This document shows, in pieces, positions 7,456-15,032 of a stretch of 64,000 nt of DNA. The stretch lies in contig OZ251459.1 of NCBI GenBank assembly GCA_965242525.1, positions 2,080,001 through 2,144,000 on the forward strand, given 5' to 3'. Under the pieces are notes generated by a model. The model had not been told where the DNA came from. It saw nothing but the letters and a program-made list of their open reading frames with translations, and searched no databases. Within the stretch, counting starts at the first letter, position 1; each line of letters starts with the position of its first letter. The position numbers and the translations under genes are program-made. The stretch is from an uncultured Candidatus Binatia bacterium (lineage in GTDB: Bacteria > Desulfobacterota > Binatia > UBA9968 > JAJDTQ01).

Positions 7456-10257
7456 ATGGACCCCTGGTACAAGGTCGTCACTCCCCGCAAGGAGGTCCGC
7501 GAAGGCCGGTCGTTCAGCCCGGACGAGTTCGCCATTGCGCTGGAACAGGTGGTGGCCGGGACCGCGCCGCCGGACTACCGGGACCCGGCGCAGTTCTTCT
7601 CGCGCACCTGCTTCACCCGGGCCTTGACGGATCATTCCGGCATGGTGCTGCGGCGCCTGGCCGGACGGACCGAGAACACCGCCCCGGTGCTGACCCTGAT
7701 TACCCAGTTCGGCGGCGGCAAGACGCATACGCTGACCTCCCTCTACCACCTGGCCCGGTCCGGGGCCGGCGCGTCCGGGCTGCCCGGGGTCCCGGGGCTG
7801 TTGCGCGACGCGGGCATGGCCGAAGCTCCGGCCGCCCGGGTCGGCGTCTTCGTGGGCAACGCCTGGGACCCCGCGGAGGGGCGGGAGACGCCTTGGATCG
7901 ACTTGGCGCGCCAGCTTGCCGGCGACGCGGGGGCGGCCGCCCTCGGCCCCTCGGCCAGGGACACGCCGCCGGGGACCGAAGCGCTGGCCAAGGTGTTTGC
8001 GGCCGCGGGGGCGCCGGTGCTGCTGCTGTTCGACGAGGTGCTGAACTTCGTCAACCGCCACCGGGGCATGGCCGAGGGCTTCCATGCCTTCGTACAGAAC
8101 CTGACGGTGGCGGTCACCGGCGCGACCCGGGCCGCGGCGGTCATCAGCCTGCCGCGCAGCCAGGTGGAGATGACCGACTGGGACCAGCAGTGGCAGGACC
8201 GGCTCACCAAGGTGGTGCGCCGGGTGGCACGGGACTTGATCGCCAACGACGAGGCCGAGATCGGCGAGGTGGTGCGCCGCCGGCTGTTCGAGGACCTGGG
8301 CCCGGAGCGCGCCCGCAGGAAGGTCGCCCGGACCTATGCGGACTGGTGCTTCGAGCGCACCGCCCGGCTGCCCGCGGAGTGGACCGCGGTGGACGCCGCG
8401 GCCGAGACCCGGGCGCGGGACTTCCTGCGCGGGCGGTTCGAGGGCTGTTACCCCTTCCATCCGGCCACGCTGTCGGTGTTCCAGCGCAAGTGGCGCGCGC
8501 TGACGCAGTTCCAGCAGACCCGCGGCACGCTGGCCATGCTGGCCCAGTGGATCTCCTGGGCGGCCCGGGAGGGCTTCCAGCAGGCCCGGCGGGAGCCGCT
8601 CATCACCCTGGGGTCGGCGCCGCTGCATGTGCCGGAGTTCCGCGCCGTCCTCCTCGGCCAACTGGGCGAGTCGCGGCTCGACACCGCCATCGACGCGGAC
8701 TTGGCAGGGCTGGCCCCGCGCGCCAGGGCGCTGGACGTGGACACCCGAGGGCCGCTCCGGGACATCCATCGCCGGGTAGGCGCGACGATCCTGTTCGAGT
8801 CGTCCGGCGGGCAGGTGGACAAGGTGGCCCACCTGCCGGAGTTGCGCTTCGCCCTCGGTGAACCGGAAGTCGATACCACCTCCATCGACAGCGCCGCGGC
8901 GGCCCTTGAAGCCGCGGGGTTCTTCATCCGCAAGGTCGGCTCCGACGGTTTCCGCATCCACCACCAGGCGACCCTGAAGAAAGTGGCCAGCGACCGGCGC
9001 GCCTCCCTGGACGAGGAAACGGAGATCAAGCCCGCCATGCGGAAGCTGATCGAGGGCGCGTTCCAGCGCGGGGCCAGCGTGCCGCTGGTCCTCTTTCCGC
9101 AGGACGGCGCCGCGGTCCAGGATTCGCCCCGGCTGACGCTGGTGGTGGTGGACCCGGACGTGGAATGGGAGGGCCGGGGCGTCGAGCGCATCCGCAGGTG
9201 GACCACCGAGCGCGGCTCCTCCCCGAGGCTGTACCCGGGCGCGCTGGTGTGGTGCGCCAAGAAGCCGGGACGGGAACTGCGGGAACGGGTCGCCACTTGG
9301 CTGGCCTGGGAGCGCGTGGCCGGAGAGATGGCCGAAGGCGTCCTTGGCGCCGAGTTCGACCGGAGGGAACGCGACGAGTTGCGGTCCAAGGTCAGGGAGG
9401 CGAAGGAAGAGGCCGTGGACGAGGTGTGGGCCGGCTACCGCTTCGCGACGTTGACCGACGCCAAGGCGGAGACCGGCCTCAAGACCCTGGACCTGGGCGC
9501 GGGCCACGCCAGCGCCAGCGACACGCTGTGCGGGCGGGTGATCGGGACCTTGAAGGCCGAGGCCCTGCTGAACGAGTCGGTGGGGGCCGGCTACATCGAC
9601 CGGAACTGGCCGCCGGCCTTCGAGGGCACGGGGGCCTGGCCCCTGGCCGGCCTGCGCCAGAGCTTCCTGAACGGCTCGTTGACGCGGCTGCTGGACCCGG
9701 ACGCGGTTCTTCGCCGGAAGGTGGTCGAGTTCGTGGCCAACGGAGACTTCGGCTTGGCTTCCGGGGAAAGCGGCAACGGCCGATACCGGAGGGTGTGGTA
9801 CCAGGAGCCGGTGGCCCCGGAAGAGGTGGCCTTCGAGTCGAACGTCTTCCTGCTGGGCAAGGCCAGAGCCGAAGCGCTTCGAGCGCCCGAGACCCCGCCC
9901 GAGCCGCAACCCGATCTTCCTCCGGACCGGGACGACCGCCCCGAATTGAAGCCGGACCCCGATCCCGACACCCGGCCCGTCTCGCCCCCCGCGCAGACCG
10001 GGGGCGAGACGACGTTGCGGCTCACCGGCGTCGTGCCCCTCGAAGCGTGGAACAAGGTCGGGATCCGAATCCTGCCGAAGCTCCGGTCCGGCAACGATCT
10101 GAGCCTGGGCATCGAGTTCTCCGTGAACGTCGAGTCACGACTCTCCGGGAACCTGGAGTCGGAATTGAAACAGGCCCTCGCCGAACTCGGCCTCGGGGAC
10201 CAGGTGGACATCAAGAGCCGGGACCGAGGTTCCGAAGATGACCGAAAGACTCATTGA
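7456..10257 (+). CDS. DUF499-domain AAA+ ATPase (BrxC/PglY-related; restriction-like DUF499/DUF1156 systems)
   Basis: PWYKVVTPR..EFAIALEQV, TQFGGGKTH, LLFDE, YPFHP, FQQTRGTL motifs; strong RBS. Confidence 0.88.
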   Translation: MDPWYKVVTPRKEVREGRSFSPDEFAIALEQVVAGTAPPDYRDPAQFFSRTCFTRALTDHSGMVLRRLAGRTENTAPVLTLITQFGGGKTHTLTSLYHLARSGAGASGLPGVPGLLRDAGMAEAPAARVGVFVGNAWDPAEGRETPWIDLARQLAGDAGAAALGPSARDTPPGTEALAKVFAAAGAPVLLLFDEVLNFVNRHRGMAEGFHAFVQNLTVAVTGATRAAAVISLPRSQVEMTDWDQQWQDRLTKVVRRVARDLIANDEAEIGEVVRRRLFEDLGPERARRKVARTYADWCFERTARLPAEWTAVDAAAETRARDFLRGRFEGCYPFHPATLSVFQRKWRALTQFQQTRGTLAMLAQWISWAAREGFQQARREPLITLGSAPLHVPEFRAVLLGQLGESRLDTAIDADLAGLAPRARALDVDTRGPLRDIHRRVGATILFESSGGQVDKVAHLPELRFALGEPEVDTTSIDSAAAALEAAGFFIRKVGSDGFRIHHQATLKKVASDRRASLDEETEIKPAMRKLIEGAFQRGASVPLVLFPQDGAAVQDSPRLTLVVVDPDVEWEGRGVERIRRWTTERGSSPRLYPGALVWCAKKPGRELRERVATWLAWERVAGEMAEGVLGAEFDRRERDELRSKVREAKEEAVDEVWAGYRFATLTDAKAETGLKTLDLGAGHASASDTLCGRVIGTLKAEALLNESVGAGYIDRNWPPAFEGTGAWPLAGLRQSFLNGSLTRLLDPDAVLRRKVVEFVANGDFGLASGESGNGRYRRVWYQEPVAPEEVAFESNVFLLGKARAEALRAPETPPEPQPDLPPDRDDRPELKPDPDPDTRPVSPPAQTGGETTLRLTGVVPLEAWNKVGIRILPKLRSGNDLSLGIEFSVNVESRLSGNLESELKQALAELGLGDQVDIKSRDRGSEDDRKTH

Positions 10258-10763
10258 GCCATGAAACCCAGGAACGCGACGAGTCCAAGCACGATAGCCA
10301 ATGTCACGTAGCTGACCTGCTTCACCTTCTGTATCTGATGAAACTGACGTTCGACAACTTCCCCGAGCGCTCTTCGGGTTTCCTGACTACTCTCCTCGAT
10401 TCGTGTACCGACCTTGCCGATCTCATCGAACTGCTCACGCATGTGGCGTTCGACAACTTCCCCGAGCGCCCTTCGAGTTTCCTGACCGCTCTCCTCGATT
10501 CGCGCGCTGACCTTGCCGATCTCATCCAGTACGCCCCTGGGGTCGTGTCGCTTGAACGCCTCTACAGCCTCTCGAAACGACCCCAGGGCGCTGTGGAGAG
10601 ACTCCACGGCTCCTTTCGTCGATCTGGCGAGACTGCGGATGTCAGCGCCGGCCTTGGTCAGTGATTTTTCGAGAGAAACCTGCTGTTCGAGATGCCCGAG
10701 CAACTCCTTGACTCGCTTCTCCGTATCCGTGATCCGCTCGCTAACCTCTGTCATCAAGTCCAT
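10251..10763 (-). CDS. Coiled-coil protein with internal 33-aa duplication and C-terminal TM helix
   Basis: GGAGG RBS before ATG 10763; heptad-like composition; tail YVTLAIVLGLVAFLGF; start overlaps end of RecQ gene. Confidence 0.7.
   Translation of the reverse strand: MDLMTEVSERITDTEKRVKELLGHLEQQVSLEKSLTKAGADIRSLARSTKGAVESLHSALGSFREAVEAFKRHDPRGVLDEIGKVSARIEESGQETRRALGEVVERHMREQFDEIGKVGTRIEESSQETRRALGEVVERQFHQIQKVKQVSYVTLAIVLGLVAFLGFMAQ
10348..10527. repeat. 99-bp-period intragenic direct repeat
   Basis: GTTCGACAACTTCCCCGAGCGC at 10349 and 10448; encodes DEIGKV..RIEES.QETRRALGEVVER twice. Confidence 0.85.
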
Positions 10764-13700
10764 GTGAAACTCCTCCAAGCGCCCGCGCCACTCCCCGCGC
10801 GCCATACCCTTGAATCACGCGGTCCACCGCGGACTCCATCCTGTGGACCATTCCATGGAGTATCTGCGCTGTCATCGCCGCCGACACACGCGGGTCGGCA
10901 AGACCCCTCGCTCTCTCCCTTCCCCTTTTCAGAACATGCTCGAACTCGGTTCCCTCCGAGTCAAGATCAAGCAGAGCAACGGTCAAGGGCAAACCAAGAC
11001 CCGGTGCACGAGTGTGCGCAAAATCGAACAGACCGTCGATGACCGCGGCAACGTCTTCCTGCGCAAGCTGGTAATCGTGAATACCCTTGCGCATCGATGC
11101 GCCGATTCCCCGGGAGCTGACCCGATCGTCATGATCGGAGCACATCGATTCGGCAACGGCCCGCGCCAAAAGCAGCCCCGGATGGTCCGGATACGACTCC
11201 AGTGCGCGGATGCAGAGACCGCGCAACTCGCCCGCGTCCATGGGTGTCTGGACCTTGTAGACAAGCTCACTCCAGGCCGGCAGATCGATCTCTTCGTCGT
11301 CGAGCAGTTGGGCGATACGCTCGGCGCCGATACCCTCCTGAAGATAGTCGAGCAACCGCACGCGGATCTCCGCGTCATTCCTTGCCTGACGGGCCAGCAA
11401 GACGGATTCCTGAATCATCCGACGACGCGAACGCTCGATGACGTCGTAAGTAAACTCGATCAGTATCCGGGCAAGACCGGAAATGAGGTCGAATGGCCTA
11501 CCCTTGTTGATCTGCTCCAGCCTGCGAGCAACTATCTTGCTCTTTGCCGGTTGCGCTGCATGGATATGGTCAAAGAGTTTCTTCTTGCAGTGACCGAGAT
11601 CGAACGCCTTGACGTGGACGTTGAACTTGCGTGAGCCGTAGTCCACCTCATAGTCGTCAATCACCCCGATCCTAAGCAGCCGATGGATCGCCCTTTCCTT
11701 GTGAACCTGTTCGCTTTCGAAAGGCAACTCCACCAGTCGGCGTGCAGAGAGCTTGCCCATCTCTGTGAGAACGCCCTCAACGTCACTGAGTTCCTGATAG
11801 GCTCCGCTGAAAGATTGAAGATGGAACCAGAGAGATAAAGTCACGTCGTCTCCGGTCTTGCGTTGGTCGTTGGCTTGGTTGAAACGCTCACGGACCGTTT
11901 CGAGGTCGAGATCTGGATCGAGCAACTCGTCCGAGCGATTCGCATCGTACTCGGAAAACACCATGACACATCGAGCAGATTGTCGGTCTCTGCCGGCGCG
12001 GCCTGCTTCCTGATAGAAGCCCTCAAGCGAGGACGGCATACCAAAATGCACCGTGTAACGGATGTTCGGCTTGTCAATGCCCATGCCGAAGGCCTTGGTG
12101 GCGACAAGGACAGGTGCGCGGTTTCGCTTGAACTGGCGTGCGTTCTCGCGCTTCACGGCGTCCCAGGTGGCCTTGTCCTTCGATCTTGGCGGCAGACCGG
12201 AATAAACGGTGACCTGCGCGCCCGTCGCGGTTCTCGCGGCCGCGCGTGCATCGTCCACGCCGTGAACCCGCCCATTGACCGTAGGCACGAACACGATCCC
12301 GGACGCCGTACTGCGGCCAGAGGGATGGAAGAACTCCGTTCGCGGGAGTCCGAACTTTGCTGGCAGCTTGTTCAGGACGCCGCGAAGCGCCGCCGTTGCG
12401 TCTTCGCTTGGCGAGGTCCTTACGATTTCAAAGTGGAGTTCGGGGCGATCAAATGATTCAGGCCGAATTAGTGCGTCGGACCGATTCCGGTCGATGTCCA
12501 GCACCGTGAGCATGTCGATAAGGACCACACGCGAAGCCGTGCCGGTGAGGGCAAGGAGCGGAGGGATATTTTTCTCCCGGTCTGCACAGAAACGACGCAG
12601 GTTGTTTGCAAGATTGAGATACGCAGGTCTGAAATCATGCCCCCAATCCGATACACAGTGCGCTTCGTCGATGACCGCAAGATTGACAAGAGAGGTCTCT
12701 GCCAATGCCCGAAGGGTGCTTCGGAACTGCGGTGACTGCAATCGTTCCGGCGAAAGCAGAACGAATTGGTACTCGCCACGTTCGACACGCAACAGGACAT
12801 GTTTCCGTTCGACAGGGGTGGCGAGACTGCGGGCGATCGGCGCTGCACGATCGATTCCGTAAGCCTGCAACCCCTCGACTTGATCCTCGATCAAGGAAAC
12901 CAGCGGATCTACCACCAGCGTAATGCCCGGCATCAGAAGGCCGGCAAGCTGGTAGATAAGGCTCTTGCCTGCGCCGGTGGGCAGAAGCACCACACAATCG
13001 TTTTGGCGCAGTATGTTGAAGATTGCCTCTCCCTGGTTTGCCCGGAACTCGAACTTGCGGAAGATGTTCTGAAGGAAGGTCTTGAGAGGCGCATGGGCCT
13101 GATCGTAACTCGACGGTGCAATGGCCTTGCGCTCGAAGTCGAAGGTGTTCTCGGTTGCGAACGCCGCTGGCACGTATGCGGGTCGGATCACGAAATCCGT
13201 TCGCTCGTCGTGATGGACTTGATGAAATGGGCTTGCCGTGGATTCGACGACGATTCGGAGATCTTCACCCTGCGCTTCGCAGTCCGCGGCTTCACGCCAA
13301 CCACCATCGACGTCGCGAATCTCCGTTACCGTAAATCCGTCATCCGCTCGGACGGTGCAGCGTACCGGAACCGAACATCCGTCATACAGGGCATCGAATC
13401 CGCCAAGCAGCCTCAGTATATCCCGCACGCCTTGAGCCGCCACGGAACCGGCGCCGACCAGATCGATCCGCCATACCTCGTCAGCCGTCAGCCAACCAAA
13501 GGCGATAGCACGCGCTATGGCAAACTGCACCTTTGCAGCCACCGCACAATCGATGACGAAAGAAGCGAATTTCCTGTCCACGGAGGACGACCCGCAAGCT
13601 GTCAACGCACCCTCGCATCGGCGACGGATTTCGTCGAGAACTTTTCCGCTGCCGGAAACGACTTCTTCGTTGCTCACGCGAAGCACGTCGATGCCGATGT

Positions 13701-14610
13701 TGTGCAAGGACTCATCGCGCAGTTTATCGACAAGTTCCGACGAACCGTGTTCGGGGCCGTCTATTTCGATGGCGAGAGCAGAACCTCCGGGGTGATCGAA
13801 CAGAAAGTCAACACGTCGTGCGCTGCCGTCATCGTGCTCACCCGACGATTCGAGTAGCTTGTCGAGGGGAGCTTGAGGCGTGAACCAATGACCTGCTGGC
13901 GGCCCGAGGACGTCGGGAACCCAACCATCGAGGAAGCGCATCTCGGCATCACTGCCCAACAGTCCGGTTTCGGAACCGCGTACAAAACTGAATGCCGGGT
14001 CAAGGACAAAGGGCTTCCGCTCGGCAAGGACTGCCAACACATTCTCCGGCGTTACGGGTCGCCGTACTCCGGGCCGCAACTCCCAGCCAACCTCATGGCC
14101 TTCGACTTCGAGGTCCTGTACCTCGTCCATGAGTCCGTGCGCCTGGAGCGCCTCGCGTTCGACTTCGAGTGTAGGCAAGGGAGTCCGCCCGCGTTGCAGG
14201 ACCTTGACGAGCAGCGCGCTCACGAAGCGAGCGTGGTCCGACGGATGACGAGAGCGGCCTCGACCTGAAAGCACAATGCACTGGCTGAGAGCTTGCTCGA
14301 GACGTTTATCCTGATGCAATTGCTCTCGTAACAAGCCGGGCATGGCCCCAACCGATACGTACTCCGAGACGAAATCGAGGCGCCGGACACCCTCTTGCCA
14401 TGAGACGGGCAACGCTGCGAGGGAATGGGCCTTGACTTCCGCAGTTGACCCCACATCTGTTATCGGAGGCTGGTCTTCGGCATCCCGTGTTCCCCTGCAA
14501 TCCGGAAACCGCGTGCAGCCCCAAAAATGGCTGCCCGCTTTGCGGCCCTGCCTCGCGGTGCGAAGCGCCATCGGAGCAGAACACTTGGGGCAAGGAGGAG
14601 ATTCTGACAC
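10741..14610 (-). CDS. Topoisomerase-type C4 zinc ribbon + DUF559/Vsr-like endonuclease + RecQ-family helicase fusion
   Basis: CPKC..FWGCTRFPDC; RVDFL..AIEIDGPEH..RD..L..G..VLR; LPTGAGKSLIYQL, SPERL, IDEAHCVSDWGHDFRPAY, TKAFGMGIDKPNIR, YQEAGRAGRD. Confidence 0.88.
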   Translation of the reverse strand: MSESPPCPKCSAPMALRTARQGRKAGSHFWGCTRFPDCRGTRDAEDQPPITDVGSTAEVKAHSLAALPVSWQEGVRRLDFVSEYVSVGAMPGLLREQLHQDKRLEQALSQCIVLSGRGRSRHPSDHARFVSALLVKVLQRGRTPLPTLEVEREALQAHGLMDEVQDLEVEGHEVGWELRPGVRRPVTPENVLAVLAERKPFVLDPAFSFVRGSETGLLGSDAEMRFLDGWVPDVLGPPAGHWFTPQAPLDKLLESSGEHDDGSARRVDFLFDHPGGSALAIEIDGPEHGSSELVDKLRDESLHNIGIDVLRVSNEEVVSGSGKVLDEIRRRCEGALTACGSSSVDRKFASFVIDCAVAAKVQFAIARAIAFGWLTADEVWRIDLVGAGSVAAQGVRDILRLLGGFDALYDGCSVPVRCTVRADDGFTVTEIRDVDGGWREAADCEAQGEDLRIVVESTASPFHQVHHDERTDFVIRPAYVPAAFATENTFDFERKAIAPSSYDQAHAPLKTFLQNIFRKFEFRANQGEAIFNILRQNDCVVLLPTGAGKSLIYQLAGLLMPGITLVVDPLVSLIEDQVEGLQAYGIDRAAPIARSLATPVERKHVLLRVERGEYQFVLLSPERLQSPQFRSTLRALAETSLVNLAVIDEAHCVSDWGHDFRPAYLNLANNLRRFCADREKNIPPLLALTGTASRVVLIDMLTVLDIDRNRSDALIRPESFDRPELHFEIVRTSPSEDATAALRGVLNKLPAKFGLPRTEFFHPSGRSTASGIVFVPTVNGRVHGVDDARAAARTATGAQVTVYSGLPPRSKDKATWDAVKRENARQFKRNRAPVLVATKAFGMGIDKPNIRYTVHFGMPSSLEGFYQEAGRAGRDRQSARCVMVFSEYDANRSDELLDPDLDLETVRERFNQANDQRKTGDDVTLSLWFHLQSFSGAYQELSDVEGVLTEMGKLSARRLVELPFESEQVHKERAIHRLLRIGVIDDYEVDYGSRKFNVHVKAFDLGHCKKKLFDHIHAAQPAKSKIVARRLEQINKGRPFDLISGLARILIEFTYDVIERSRRRMIQESVLLARQARNDAEIRVRLLDYLQEGIGAERIAQLLDDEEIDLPAWSELVYKVQTPMDAGELRGLCIRALESYPDHPGLLLARAVAESMCSDHDDRVSSRGIGASMRKGIHDYQLAQEDVAAVIDGLFDFAHTRAPGLGLPLTVALLDLDSEGTEFEHVLKRGRERARGLADPRVSAAMTAQILHGMVHRMESAVDRVIQGYGARGVARALGGVSHGLDDRG

Positions 14611-14702
14611 GGTATTGTCGCCGTTCTGAACGCCGGAAGCCGGGAATCATCCCGGAGCGAGGCAGGCATGTACGGACACGCGCCCTGATGCTATGCGACC
14701 CG

Positions 14703-14731
14703 ATTATAGAGCCACGAACGGCCAAGCGCAA
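14703..14731 (-). promoter_or_regulatory. Sigma70-type promoter for the RecQ fusion
   Basis: Minus strand TTGCGC-17 nt-TATAAT about 90 nt upstream of start. Confidence 0.6.
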
Positions 14732-15032
14732 GTCACAGCCCGCCAACGAAACAAGGGAGCGACCCGGCATCCTTCCCGTCATGGTTGACCCATGCTGCGC
14801 AACGGCTGAATGGACCACGTCGACGGCCACGGCGTCCCTTCGGACGCCGAACGAGCTTCCCTGCTTTCAGGCATGGTCCGTGCCTGTCGGTTGCCCAGGA
14901 CCCGTCCTTGCAAGTATGATCAGAAGCGCGGTTCAGGAACGTTCCGCGTACCGTTTCCGACGGAAAGCTACGAGGGTGTCTCAGGGGCGTAAGCGCCGCG
15001 GACGGTCACCCTGGCCCCGCACCGAGGAACCC

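Noticed and set aside
7006-9909. 967-aa antisense ORF and other long shadow ORFs (e.g. 35325-37778, 56869-60018, 59718-63230)
   Set aside because: Opposite or alternate frames of well-supported genes; expected in high-GC DNA; no motifs.
14445-15032. Long N-terminal extensions in the ORF track (also 43115, 28692, 63195, 43125, 37680 starts)
   Set aside because: Homology and RBS place the true starts downstream; the apparent fusions are artefacts of open high-GC frames.
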